Assembly: GCA_018902845.1 (NCBI GenBank)
Contig: JAHIPV010000012.1
Location: forward strand, 1-60,925
Reading direction: 5' to 3'
Source: Patescibacteria group bacterium
Lineage (GTDB): Bacteria; Patescibacteriota; Microgenomatia; UBA12405
DNA length: 60,925 bases
The notes below the pieces were generated by a model. The model was given only the letters and a program-made list of their open reading frames with translations, was not told the DNA's origin and did not search any database. Shown here piece by piece: positions 19,589-30,170 of the stretch. The translations under genes were made by a program, and so were the position numbers. The stretch's first letter is position 1, and each line of letters starts with the position of its first letter.

Positions 19589-22276
19589 ATGGCATTACAC
19601 AAAGATTTTCCACGAGACCCATATGCAATACTTGACCCCAGTATTCGATGGTTTCCAGCCGATGAGGACTTGCGAGAAAAAGGATACGACAAACTGTTAC
19701 CTCCCCTTGTTGCCGACCTTAGAAATAAAGTAAAGGAATGGCGAGACAAACATTACGAAGGTGCAAGTGATACTTCCAAAGCCTTGTTGAATTGGTGGTT
19801 TAAAGAAGAACATATTTTATATGACCAACATGGTGTTTCTTCACCATTTCGATATTATTTTTGTCAAAGAGAAGCACTCGAAACTGTTATCTGGCTTTAC
19901 GAAGTAGCAAAAGTAAAAGATAAATACGACCTTATTAGATATAACTCGACAGGAGTATTGAGTGCGGGAATGTTTACTGAGGACTGGTTGCGTTTTGTAA
20001 TTAAAATGGCGACCGGATCAGGTAAAACAAAAGTAATGAGTTTAATGATCGCTTGGGCATATTTTCACAAGAAATATGAGCAAGATTCGCAACTCGCAAA
20101 GAATTTTCTTTTGATTACGCCAAACGTTATTGTCTTTGAAAGAATCAAGAACGACTTTGAAGGATTAAAAATCTTTTTTGCTGATCCTATTTTGCCAGAT
20201 AACGGATACCAAGGACAAAATTGGCAAGATGATTTTCAGATGACATTACACTTACAGGATGAATTAAGGACTGTTTCCGATACAGGTAATATCTTTTTAA
20301 CCAATATTCATCGAGTCTTTGAAGGAAATATCAAAGATGCCAGTTTAGAGGATGAAGATACATCTGCCTACTTTTTGGGTCACAAACCAGTTACTAAAAC
20401 AAATGATTCAACAGTCGACTTGGGAATGATTGTTAGGGATATCGATGAACTGATAGTAATAAATGATGAGGCGCACCACATTCACGACGAGAATATGGCT
20501 TGGTACAAGTCAATCCTAGATATTGATAATAGATTAAAACAAAAAGGCTCTGGATTAGCTTTACAACTCGATGTTACAGCAACACCAAAGAAGAATGACG
20601 GCTCGATATTTGTGCAAACGATAACAGATTATCCCCTTGTTGAGGCAATTCATCAAAGAATAGTTAAGAATCCCGTTGTTCCTGATGCTGCAAGTCGAGG
20701 AAAACTGAAGGAAAATCAAAGCGCACTATTTAGTGAGAAATATCGTGATTATATTAACCTTGGTATTGAAGAATGGCGTAAAACATACGAAGCACTAAAG
20801 CCGATGGACAAAAAATCAATTCTATTTATCATGACTGATGACACCAAGAACTGTGATGAGGTTGCTGAATATATAAAAACCAACTTTGCTGATCTAAGTA
20901 ATGCCGTTTTAACCATCCACACTAATAAAAGTGGTGAAATATCAGAAAGTGTTACAGGAAAAAATAAAGAAGAATTAAATTTATTGAGAAAACAGGCAAA
21001 TGAAATAGACAGCTGGGAAAGTCCTTTCAAAGTAATAATTTCTGTCATGATGCTTAAAGAGGGTTGGGACGTTAAGAACGTAACCACTATTGTTGGGCTT
21101 AGACCATATGCCGCTGATTCAAAAATACTTCCTGAGCAGACTCTCGGTAGAGGTCTAAGAAGAATGTTCTTTGGTCGTAATGATATTGAAGAATATGTTA
21201 GTGTGGTTGGCACCCCAGCCTTTATGGACTTTGTAGAGTCAATTAAAGGAGAGGGAGTTATTTTGGATAAGAAAGCTATGGGAGAAGGATCAAAACCGAT
21301 TGCTCCTACAGTTATTGAGGTAGATAAAGACAATCCTCATAAAGACATTGAAAAGCTCGATATCGAATTACCAGTTATGACACCAAGGATTCAAAGAGAA
21401 TATAAAAATCTTGCTGAGTTAGACGTATCCTCATTTGGAAACCAAAAAGTAAAAGTCAAAGTTTTCTCCGAAGAAGAAAAAAGGGAAATTGTATTTAAAG
21501 ATGTCGTTGATGAACAAACACATCACACCACTATTTTAACTGGCGATATTGAACCAGATTATAGAAGTGTTGTTGGTTTCTTCGCCCAGGCAGTAATGAG
21601 AGAACTAAGACTATTCGGTTGCTATGATATTTTATTTGGGAAAGTAAAAGAATTTCTTCAGAGCTATCTGTTTGACACGCCCGTAGATTTATCAGACCTA
21701 AATGTGTTAACAAATTTATCGGAAGTTGAATACATAAAACTGATTAAAGACTCATTCAAAAAAGCTATTAATGAGCTAACGGTTCAAGATAAAGGTGATA
21801 CTGAAATAAAAAATTACATCAAAATCAGCGATGCCCGACCTTTTGTAGTTAATGATAAAGCTTATTTATTACCTAAAAAGTCAGTATTCAACAAGATTGT
21901 CGGCGATAGTGATTTCGAGCTTACTTTTGCTGATTTTATTGAGAACTGTGAAGACGTAATTTCATTCTCTAAAAACTTTCAAAATAAGGAAGCCAGTGCT
22001 CTCCGAATTGAATATAAAAATTCCGAAGGCTTTATTGCCACCTACTATCCCGACTTTTTTGTTAAAAAAGACGACAAAACGGTTTACATTGTCGAAACAA
22101 AAGGTAGAGAGGAAGAAGATGATAAGTTGAAGTTTGAACGGTTACAAAAGTGGTGCGAGGATGTAAACAGTCGTCAAACCAGAATGGAATATAAAGCACT
22201 TTACATTAAACAAGAAGAATGGGAGAAATATACACCGAAAAACTTTGATGAGGCCGTAAGATTGTTTAGCAAATAA
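19589..22276 (+). CDS. res: Type III R-M restriction subunit (Res)
   Basis: MATGSGKT, DEAHH, TATP, EGWDV, QTLGRGLR, and C-terminal YPDF..VETKG nuclease motif. Confidence 0.9.
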   Translation: MALHKDFPRDPYAILDPSIRWFPADEDLREKGYDKLLPPLVADLRNKVKEWRDKHYEGASDTSKALLNWWFKEEHILYDQHGVSSPFRYYFCQREALETVIWLYEVAKVKDKYDLIRYNSTGVLSAGMFTEDWLRFVIKMATGSGKTKVMSLMIAWAYFHKKYEQDSQLAKNFLLITPNVIVFERIKNDFEGLKIFFADPILPDNGYQGQNWQDDFQMTLHLQDELRTVSDTGNIFLTNIHRVFEGNIKDASLEDEDTSAYFLGHKPVTKTNDSTVDLGMIVRDIDELIVINDEAHHIHDENMAWYKSILDIDNRLKQKGSGLALQLDVTATPKKNDGSIFVQTITDYPLVEAIHQRIVKNPVVPDAASRGKLKENQSALFSEKYRDYINLGIEEWRKTYEALKPMDKKSILFIMTDDTKNCDEVAEYIKTNFADLSNAVLTIHTNKSGEISESVTGKNKEELNLLRKQANEIDSWESPFKVIISVMMLKEGWDVKNVTTIVGLRPYAADSKILPEQTLGRGLRRMFFGRNDIEEYVSVVGTPAFMDFVESIKGEGVILDKKAMGEGSKPIAPTVIEVDKDNPHKDIEKLDIELPVMTPRIQREYKNLAELDVSSFGNQKVKVKVFSEEEKREIVFKDVVDEQTHHTTILTGDIEPDYRSVVGFFAQAVMRELRLFGCYDILFGKVKEFLQSYLFDTPVDLSDLNVLTNLSEVEYIKLIKDSFKKAINELTVQDKGDTEIKNYIKISDARPFVVNDKAYLLPKKSVFNKIVGDSDFELTFADFIENCEDVISFSKNFQNKEASALRIEYKNSEGFIATYYPDFFVKKDDKTVYIVETKGREEEDDKLKFERLQKWCEDVNSRQTRMEYKALYIKQEEWEKYTPKNFDEAVRLFSK

Positions 22277-22278
22277 AT

Positions 22279-23019
22279 ATGATTGGAATTTTTAACAGAG
22301 AAGAAGTTGTTATCGAGAATTCTTTTTTGACTAAATTTAAGAGCGAAATAAATTGTTTCAATAAATTATTGGGAGTATATACCGCCTTTCTTGAGGCTAC
22401 TTCTAATAAAATTAAGGATAATGAATATCCAAATTGGACTATCCTTATGCTTCTATCTCAGACCGTGTCGTTGATGGAGAATGGAATTAAGTTGCTTGCT
22501 ACTGGTTATTTGAGGTCTTCAGAAATAATGATACGTGTATGCGCCGAAGCGATTATCCTATCTACCTATTTTAAAGAATTCCCTGATTTTGAAATCGAAT
22601 ATAGGACCACAAACTACCGAGAATTTTTTAGAAATCACAGTATTGATAATATGCTCAAGAAAGTTGAAGAGGATGGAACGATATTTATTAAAGATAAAGA
22701 CAAAGCAAAACAAGTTAAGTGGAATAAAATTGTTTTCACTAATTTATTTAAGGAATCATCAAGATTTGTGCATAATAACTCAGATTTAATATATGATTTG
22801 TCAAAAAATAACTCAAATCAATCTGGTGATATACAGTTGATAATGGGACCCCAAAATTATTCTGATGAAATACTTTCAGTGGGGATGAGAAGATTATTTA
22901 ATACTCTTTTATTTTCTTTAGTTGTGCTTGGTGTTTCATTAAATATAGTTCCTGATGAAAACGAAAAAGAAATTATGACTCAAGCATCAGCTATTACTGA
23001 GATATTACTTAAAAAGTAA
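22279..23019 (+). CDS. HEPN-like helical protein (DUF5677-like); paralog of 48172-48957
   Basis: GY..S.I..R...E and S.FVH motifs are shared with 48172. Confidence 0.6.
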   Translation: MIGIFNREEVVIENSFLTKFKSEINCFNKLLGVYTAFLEATSNKIKDNEYPNWTILMLLSQTVSLMENGIKLLATGYLRSSEIMIRVCAEAIILSTYFKEFPDFEIEYRTTNYREFFRNHSIDNMLKKVEEDGTIFIKDKDKAKQVKWNKIVFTNLFKESSRFVHNNSDLIYDLSKNNSNQSGDIQLIMGPQNYSDEILSVGMRRLFNTLLFSLVVLGVSLNIVPDENEKEIMTQASAITEILLKK

Positions 23020-23242
23020 AAGTTTTTTGTTATTAAACATTTATTAAATCGTATTGTAATTTCATGTATTGAATGGTTTATGGGCTAAAAGAAGACTAGT
23101 GTCACTTGCCCTAATTACTGCATTTTCGACTATACTATATATAGTTTTGTAGTTTTAGGCCACCTTGGAAAGTTAAGAGAAATAGGTTAAGTGAATTTCG
23201 AAAATAGATATATCATTTATTGTTTTTATTGGAGGTCTGATT

Positions 23243-23803
23243 ATGTTAATTAAGCAAATAGATATTCTTGTCCATCCTGATTTTTCACAAATGCCAGTAC
23301 CAAATTGGCCACTTCATGAAAGCCAATTAGTCCTTCGAAAAAAATGGGAGGAAAGGTTCGAACTACTAGAAAAACAGGAAGATGCCATACTTCTATATTT
23401 CTCATACCTAACTATCAACGAAGTTGACCGAGGCTTAGAAGATTTATCAACTATTACAAACAAAATTAAACGAGACGAAATTGAACGAATTAAAAAAGTA
23501 AAAGCAATGCTTGGTAATCGAATCATTGTATTTGGATGGTTAGCCATGCCCAATTTTGAAAGTTTTGACAAAATATTCACCTCTTGTGGTTTTACTTATG
23601 TTCCCAAAGAAACCAAAATTCATGCCTATGGTGAAATATTAGGGATGTGTGTCTGGGCAAATGCTAATAATGTTGCGCAATCTCTTGGTATACCCAATTC
23701 CAACATAGAATACAATCTTGAAAAGTCATTAACAAATAACGGCAGTCAAGAAATATTAAATTGGCAGGTTTTTAAGATGGATAAGTCGTTCCTGTTTGCT
23801 TGA
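23243..23803 (+). CDS. Hypothetical protein
   Basis: 186-aa ORF with GGAGG upstream. Confidence 0.6.
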   Translation: MLIKQIDILVHPDFSQMPVPNWPLHESQLVLRKKWEERFELLEKQEDAILLYFSYLTINEVDRGLEDLSTITNKIKRDEIERIKKVKAMLGNRIIVFGWLAMPNFESFDKIFTSCGFTYVPKETKIHAYGEILGMCVWANANNVAQSLGIPNSNIEYNLEKSLTNNGSQEILNWQVFKMDKSFLFA

Positions 23804-23947
23804 TAATAAAAGCAATTTTTGTCTAATTTTAAATTACTGTTTAATAATAATAATAATTTAAATTATTTTGTCTCACTTACGAGCCCAGTGTTGAATAAGT
23901 AAGTGGTCAAAAAGATGTATAATTCGGATAGTTAGAATAAAAAGAAG

Positions 23948-24280
23948 ATGAAAAAGATTATTGATTCACCTTTTAGTGAAATTGAGGATGAGGTTTATGG
24001 ATATCAATGGTCAGCCATTTTAGATGCTAATACTTGTAATTATTGTGCCAGTATAGACGGCAAAGTAATCAGTGTTAATGACGAGGCTTTTCATAAATAT
24101 AAACCTGGAAAAGTACACCCTGGTTGTCGATGTATTTGGGTGGCAATTATGAAAGACGAAATTAATCCACCTCCCATTACAGGTATTCCTAAAAAATTAA
24201 AACCTCAATCGGAAGTCCCAGCTTCAGAGTTTAAAGACTTGAAATTTCCTTTAGTTGGGGCTGGAAAAAGAAAAATGTAA
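23948..24280 (+). CDS. Stand-alone phage Mu F/SPP1 gp7-like head morphogenesis domain
   Basis: WSAILDANTCNYCASIDGK..HPGCRC. Confidence 0.75.
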   Translation: MKKIIDSPFSEIEDEVYGYQWSAILDANTCNYCASIDGKVISVNDEAFHKYKPGKVHPGCRCIWVAIMKDEINPPPITGIPKKLKPQSEVPASEFKDLKFPLVGAGKRKM

Positions 24281-24319
24281 ATATTTTTATCAGAAAGCAA
24301 TTATTTCTTAGAAAAAAAC

Positions 24320-25024
24320 ATGTTTAAAAAAAATTTTCCACCAATTGAAACTGTTCTAGATATGGAACCTTCTGAACTTGCTCCTTTTGTATTAAAGGAT
24401 TTAAATGAAATAAGTCAAACAAATCAAATAAACAGATACAACTACACATTAAGTACCAGTAGTGATATTCAAGATTATGCAAGAAAACATGTAAAAGATT
24501 TTCAAAAACGACTAATGGAAGCATATATTTGGCTCGAGAGAGAAATGTTTATAGCTCCTGAACCAGATTCACAAGGAGAGTGGCGGTTTATAACAAGAAG
24601 TGGTGAAAAAGTTTTACAGAATGAAGACTTTACAGCATACAAGCAAGGATTATTATTACCATCAGAAAATTTACATCCAATCCTTATAAGAAAAGTTAAA
24701 CCACTTTTCTTAAGGGGTGATTATGATACATCAGTGTTTCAGGCTTTTAAGGCAGTTGAAATACAGGTCAGAAAAGTCGGTGGATACACAAAGGGTGATT
24801 ATGGTGTTGATTTAATGAGAACGGCATTCCATCCACAAACAGGTAAATTAACCAATACCCATTCATTAAACTCTGAAAAACAGGCTATGAGTGATTTATT
24901 TGCCGGTGCCATAGGATTGTTTAAAAATCCAGTTAGTCATAGAGACATCGAAATTATGTCTTCTGAAGAAGCAGTCGATTATATTATGGTTGCAAATTGT
25001 TTATTGAAAATGGTTAGTGAATAA
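24320..25024 (+). CDS. TIGR02391/Ymh-like protein (HEPN-related defence domain)
   Basis: AFKAVE..YGVDLM..AF..LFAGAIGLFKNPVSH. Confidence 0.8.
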   Translation: MFKKNFPPIETVLDMEPSELAPFVLKDLNEISQTNQINRYNYTLSTSSDIQDYARKHVKDFQKRLMEAYIWLEREMFIAPEPDSQGEWRFITRSGEKVLQNEDFTAYKQGLLLPSENLHPILIRKVKPLFLRGDYDTSVFQAFKAVEIQVRKVGGYTKGDYGVDLMRTAFHPQTGKLTNTHSLNSEKQAMSDLFAGAIGLFKNPVSHRDIEIMSSEEAVDYIMVANCLLKMVSE

Positions 25025-25092
25025 AGAGTAACTATAGTCTCTCATAAGAAATTCAACTACCCAAAACAGTTTAAAATTTATTTTTTGTAAAT

Positions 25093-25770
25093 ATGTTAAA
25101 TATAGTCAAAAAAATGTTCAAACCTAAAAATTTCACCGATACGGTAACTATGTCAGATAATCTTAATATGATATTACTGGATAAGTCTGGAAAAACAAAG
25201 GCTATTAGAGATGTTTCAGACATTCATGAACTTGCCGTAAATTTTGACAAAAAAAGCGACGTTGTTAAAGAAAAGTTCACTCTTAAACAAAAAAATAAAC
25301 AATCAAATAATAATCAAGAAAAAGAAATTATAGTTGTAAACAGGTTTTTACCAGTATTTAATAAAGAAAATAATACACAATTTATTCTTTCTCAAAATCA
25401 ACCACTCACGGATAGTCATATAGATATACTCATCAGTGATGGGTCAAAAGAAATAGAGTTACAAGTGCGAGTTTCAGATGATGAACCATGGGGAAAACTA
25501 TTTAAGAATAAATTTTTTGAGCGTTCAGGAAAGGGCTTTGAAATATCTCATAATGCTATAAAACGAGCAATTGAGACTAAAATAAAAAAGTATCCCTTAC
25601 AAATTCGCAACGACTTAATACTTTTACTTGATGGATGGTTAGCCGTTAGACCAGAAGATTTAGAAAATTTTATCACTACCGAAAATGAATTTATGAAAAA
25701 TTCCGAATTTAAGGAAATTTGGTTTGTAGGGGAAATTCAAAAGACAATAATCAAGCTATATCCCTATTAA
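25093..25770 (+). CDS. Hypothetical protein, possible PD-(D/E)XK nuclease fold
   Basis: IDILI..IELQV, K..KY, LILLLD, FKEIWFV pattern. Confidence 0.5.
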   Translation: MLNIVKKMFKPKNFTDTVTMSDNLNMILLDKSGKTKAIRDVSDIHELAVNFDKKSDVVKEKFTLKQKNKQSNNNQEKEIIVVNRFLPVFNKENNTQFILSQNQPLTDSHIDILISDGSKEIELQVRVSDDEPWGKLFKNKFFERSGKGFEISHNAIKRAIETKIKKYPLQIRNDLILLLDGWLAVRPEDLENFITTENEFMKNSEFKEIWFVGEIQKTIIKLYPY

Positions 25771-25807
25771 TTTAAATTTACTTTACTAATCAATAGACAA
25801 ACTTTAT

Positions 25808-26557
25808 ATGTATAAAAAACATCCTGTATTTGAAGAACCATCAGACGAAAATTCAACCATATGGAGATATCTAGATTTTACAAAATTTGTTTCTTTACTG
25901 GATAAAAAATCATTGTGGTTTTCAAAATCAGACAAACTAGGCGACCCATTTGAAGGTTCTTTCCCAGAAGTAAACATAAATTTGAGACCTAGCCTTTACA
26001 AAAAAATACCAGAAGAAATTATTAAAAAAGTTCTTCCTGATTTTTATAAAAATGTTAGAGAACATACATTCTTAAATTGTTGGCACGAAAATGATTGTGA
26101 ATCAATTGCAATGTGGAATATGTATCTTAAAAGTAACGAAGGAATTGCTATTAGGTCTACATATAAAAGATTAAAAGAATGTTTGAATAAAACTACAGAA
26201 GACATATTTATAGGAAAAGTTAAATATATTGACTATAAAAAAGAATGGATGCCTGAAGGTAATTCTCTTTATCCATTTGTACACAAAAGAAAGAGTTATG
26301 AATATGAAAAGGAGATTAGAGCAGTTATTCAACATTTTAGTATTGACAAAAAAACAAACACCGTTAAGTTGGCTTTAGAAAAAGTATCTGACGGCATGAG
26401 TGTACCAATTGAAATTGAAACATTAATAGAAAGTGTATATGTTTCTCCTGAATCCCCAGAATGGTTTTCCAAGCTTGTTGAATCAGTAGTAAAGGAATAC
26501 GGATTTGCACAAATAGAAGTAATACAATCCAGTCTAAAAGACGACCCAGTATTCTAG
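25808..26557 (+). CDS. DUF2971-like protein
   Basis: IWRYLDF, DPFEG, NCWH..ESIAMW..Y, KRKSYEYEKEIR. Confidence 0.75.
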   Translation: MYKKHPVFEEPSDENSTIWRYLDFTKFVSLLDKKSLWFSKSDKLGDPFEGSFPEVNINLRPSLYKKIPEEIIKKVLPDFYKNVREHTFLNCWHENDCESIAMWNMYLKSNEGIAIRSTYKRLKECLNKTTEDIFIGKVKYIDYKKEWMPEGNSLYPFVHKRKSYEYEKEIRAVIQHFSIDKKTNTVKLALEKVSDGMSVPIEIETLIESVYVSPESPEWFSKLVESVVKEYGFAQIEVIQSSLKDDPVF

Positions 26558-26965
26558 TTATAAAATTAACACACAGAAATTCTAATCTCTTTCAAAACTC
26601 AATTCTTAGCACCTTAGATTCGAGTAAACTAACGAAACATCCAAAAAAGTACATTTATTAGCTTTGAAATTGTCGTTCGTTTTAAGTGGTTGTCTAATTT
26701 CGTATCACCGGTAAATTAGGTTCAAATAAACAGTTTCCTAATTAATCATTGATATTGCCTATCATGGGCGCTAAAGTAATCGGATTTTTTAATTTATTTT
26801 CTCGAGGATGAGGAAGCAAGACGCAGAAGGCGGCAGTCCAGCGAACGAAGTGAGTTGGAAATCCTCGAGGGGGGAGCATCATAGACTCGGACTTACTTTG
26901 AACCTAAAATAGGTTCTCACCAACCCGTAACCCGCCGTGAAGGCCGGAACTATATATAATCTGTT

Positions 26966-27690
26966 ATGGAGATGAAGACATACTATGTAGGGGGCAATGA
27001 AACCGGCGACTTTGAACTATTTTCAGTTTTAGAAAGACCAAATCCTGATGACTCAAAATACAAGGATTTGCAACTGCATTTTCCTGGAAAAGGACTATTT
27101 TTTACTTCTCAAGATTTTAGAGAAGTGCTAAAAACTGACGATGAGGAGAAATACGACAAGGCAGATAGTCCTCACATCTCAATTCATTACAACCCATCCC
27201 AAAGTTATCTCCTAATTAAGAAGACACTTGTGGCCAAAAAGGTTTTTCAAGTATCAAGAGTAAAGGATGTGCGTGACAAAATGCTTTTTGCCCCCGTTAT
27301 TCTCAAGATATATGGAGATACTAGCCAAGACTGCTTTATACCCCCCAAAAAACACTTAAATAGTAGCTCTAGGGTAATATAAATTACAACCCCAAATCCG
27401 ACACACTGGTGGCTTTTTTCTTAGTAACAAGAAAGGGGAATGAAATATATAAGGACCCTGAATATCCAGCCAACTTCTATGAAATTGATTTTGGTGACTT
27501 CCGTTTAATCGTAATCTACCGATATTTCAATCGTCCATCCCTAAATCAGACAATAAATTTATTTATTCCGACTCCTGATGGCTTTGTCATGAAAGGTTTG
27601 GAATGGTGGCAAGCCTGCAATCTACTTAATGACTTACAAACTCCCCATATGGCCGAGTATTTCAAGCTATATCCTGATAGGGCCCATTAA
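26966..27690 (+). pseudogene. Probable single gene split by a frameshift near 27373-27382
   Basis: ORF 26966-27382 stops just after the downstream frame opens (27373). The downstream piece has only a weak GTG start. Confidence 0.5.
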
Positions 27691-27777
27691 TAGTATTACT
27701 TGGTTCCATATTTCCACAATAGTGAGGAGTTTTGTAGGTTAGAATTTAATAAATATCACAAAAGGCAAATCAAACAT

Positions 27778-28533
27778 ATGACTGAATTTAACCCAAACCA
27801 ATTTAGTGACCGAAGAATTTTTATCTCAAGTAATAAAAAACAGTATTATCAAATGTTTCATTTCACTCAAGATAAAGATGGAAGCATTTATGCCAGTTGG
27901 CCTGACTTTCCGAACACAAGTTGGTTATTTCCAGTGGTAGACATTGATGGTAATCCCAAAATGGGTGTAATTGATTTTGCTGAGGAAGGTAAGTTAAGTA
28001 TTCATGGTACGGGTATGGGGACTTTTAGGTCACACAACAATCCCAATAATAGGCCAGCAATTATAAAGGGAAATAAGTTATTAGATTTGGGAAAAGGTGA
28101 AAGTGGTGCCAGACATCTTTTTACTGCTTTTATGAAAGAACCTGTTTATTTACCTAATTCTCCTGCCTTAAATAGACAAAGCGATTATCTTATTAACAAC
28201 GCAGAAAAGATGGAACCATTTGTTATTATCTTTTTTGCAATTCCGCAGACAGGTAAAGGACTTGAACTAAATTTCCAAACGAGTTTTCACATTGACGATG
28301 TTGATATACCACCTCGCGGTGGATGGGGAGTTATTAATTTAAGGTTTCACGATGTTTTTTGGTATGTTTATTGTACTCACAATATGGATAAGTGGCCAAA
28401 AAAATATCAAATTATTTTTCATGATGGTTTTGTCGTCCCTGTAATTATCGGTACAAGATTAGGTCAATTTCGTCTTGAATTTAGAACACCAAAATACTTG
28501 TTGGAAAATAATAAACTTACAGTTGAATTTTAA
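27778..28533 (+). CDS. Hypothetical beta-rich protein
   Basis: Likely ATG at 27778; long ORF. Confidence 0.65.
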   Translation: MTEFNPNQFSDRRIFISSNKKQYYQMFHFTQDKDGSIYASWPDFPNTSWLFPVVDIDGNPKMGVIDFAEEGKLSIHGTGMGTFRSHNNPNNRPAIIKGNKLLDLGKGESGARHLFTAFMKEPVYLPNSPALNRQSDYLINNAEKMEPFVIIFFAIPQTGKGLELNFQTSFHIDDVDIPPRGGWGVINLRFHDVFWYVYCTHNMDKWPKKYQIIFHDGFVVPVIIGTRLGQFRLEFRTPKYLLENNKLTVEF

Positions 28534-28632
28534 CTATAACCCACTCACCGCCTTCCTAATTTCTTTCAAGGCAGGAAGGCTAGTTACACAATTTAACACA
28601 TTATCCCAAATAGAACATATAATCCTTAATAT

Positions 28633-29199
28633 ATGAATATGGATAAATCAAAATATTTAGATTATTTGCAAATTACAGAGTTCTTTCTTAATAATTTTGA
28701 AAAAATAAAAAGTGTTGAAGAGATAAAAAGAAATTTTGATTCAAAAATTGTAGATATAACAGAAGAAACAGAAAATCTATCTCCTGAAATACTTGTTGAA
28801 AATCATCAGTTTATTGGTCAAAAACATTATGATTTCAAGTTTTTCGAAAATAATAATTATTGGGGGGAATTAAGTGTAGATTTTATTGATGGTGTTTTAA
28901 GAAACGTAAGGTGTCAATTATTTGCACTGGGTTTCATCCAAAATAGTTGGGGTATTGGTAAGAAAATTCAATATATATCAAAGTTGTTTTCAGACAATTT
29001 TGGTAAAGCTAATGAATTAGACTACAGTATAGTTGGTGTAGCAATGCCACCAGGTGTAAAAAATATCGGATGGATTGATAAAAAAGAAAATATCTTTATT
29101 ACTTTGAGAAGTAGTATAAATCAGCCAAATATAAGAAATTACATATCTATTGCGGTGGAGTATTTGATTGAGAACCACAAGCTACTAATAAAAAAGTGA
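28633..29199 (+). CDS. Hypothetical protein
   Basis: 188-aa ORF overlapping the next gene (GTGA). Confidence 0.6.
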   Translation: MNMDKSKYLDYLQITEFFLNNFEKIKSVEEIKRNFDSKIVDITEETENLSPEILVENHQFIGQKHYDFKFFENNNYWGELSVDFIDGVLRNVRCQLFALGFIQNSWGIGKKIQYISKLFSDNFGKANELDYSIVGVAMPPGVKNIGWIDKKENIFITLRSSINQPNIRNYISIAVEYLIENHKLLIKK

Positions 29200-30158
29200 A
29201 GTTTATAAAAAATTTTAAAAATATAATTTTTTTATTTGTGTTTGTGGCTTTAATTCTAGGTGTCATTTTAATTTATCTTGTTCAAATAAAAAAAACAAAA
29301 GAGATAAAACAATCTGAATTGGTTATCTCCCAATCAGTTTGTGATGAACTAATAAAGCAAATGGAATTAATTCCGGTAAAAAAGTTTGACGGCAAACTGG
29401 CCAAGGTAGATTTTTTAACAAATCCTGATGCAAAATCGTTTTATACTTCAATTACTACTCAAGCATCAGAAGGGCCAAATTTTGCAGGACATTTCAATTT
29501 TGCAAGTTGGGGGTGTGGTACTGATTGTGTTGGTTTTGCGGTAGTGGATTCAAATACCGGTAAAATCGTTAGATATGTTCCATTTGATGAGGATGGTAAT
29601 AGTTATTCTTATGACATAAATAGTCGGATATTAGTCTTAAACCCAAAAAAAGATTTTGAAAAATATCAAGGAAAAACACTTGAGGAAATATCGCAAAATG
29701 ACGATTTCCTAACTGGTCATATTCGAAAATACTACGAACTTGTTGAGGGTAGTGATGGTGAAATTTGGTTGGATAAATTATGTACAGAAAATGTTCTTGA
29801 TGGTATTTATTCTTTAGGAGAAAAAACTGATGAGCAAATTATTTATTATGCAAAATTAAAAACGGTCTCAACTGCTAGAGAAGCTAGATTCTACTGGTAC
29901 GATACGGAACTAAGAATGGTCAAGGCTTCCGATGATAAATATGCATGGTTTTGGGCAATGCCACAGAAATTTTTTGACGACACAAAAATAACAGACAGGT
30001 GGTTCAAGTTTATGGACGAAAATAATGATGCAGTTTTCAAAATAACCGGTACACGGCTTAAAGACGATTGTGATTACTATGGTCCAGAACATTGTATTGA
30101 AGATATTGATGTTAAAAGCATTGAAGTAGTGGGTACAAATTTAAAAATGAAATTTTGA
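29196..30158 (+). CDS. Membrane-anchored extracytoplasmic protein
   Basis: N-terminal TM, GPNFAGHF..WGCGTDC motif, several Cys pairs. Confidence 0.7.
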   Translation: MKFIKNFKNIIFLFVFVALILGVILIYLVQIKKTKEIKQSELVISQSVCDELIKQMELIPVKKFDGKLAKVDFLTNPDAKSFYTSITTQASEGPNFAGHFNFASWGCGTDCVGFAVVDSNTGKIVRYVPFDEDGNSYSYDINSRILVLNPKKDFEKYQGKTLEEISQNDDFLTGHIRKYYELVEGSDGEIWLDKLCTENVLDGIYSLGEKTDEQIIYYAKLKTVSTAREARFYWYDTELRMVKASDDKYAWFWAMPQKFFDDTKITDRWFKFMDENNDAVFKITGTRLKDDCDYYGPEHCIEDIDVKSIEVVGTNLKMKF

Positions 30159-30170
30159 TATTCTTAACTT

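Noticed and set aside
20749-21333. 194-aa antisense ORF and the many other short shadow ORFs in the track
   Set aside because: They lie antisense or out of frame within well-supported genes and have no recognisable motifs.
27341-27352. C6A6 tract as a phase-variation or programmed frameshift site
   Set aside because: Both alternative frames hit stops before the downstream ORF opens at 27373, so slippage here would not rejoin the gene.
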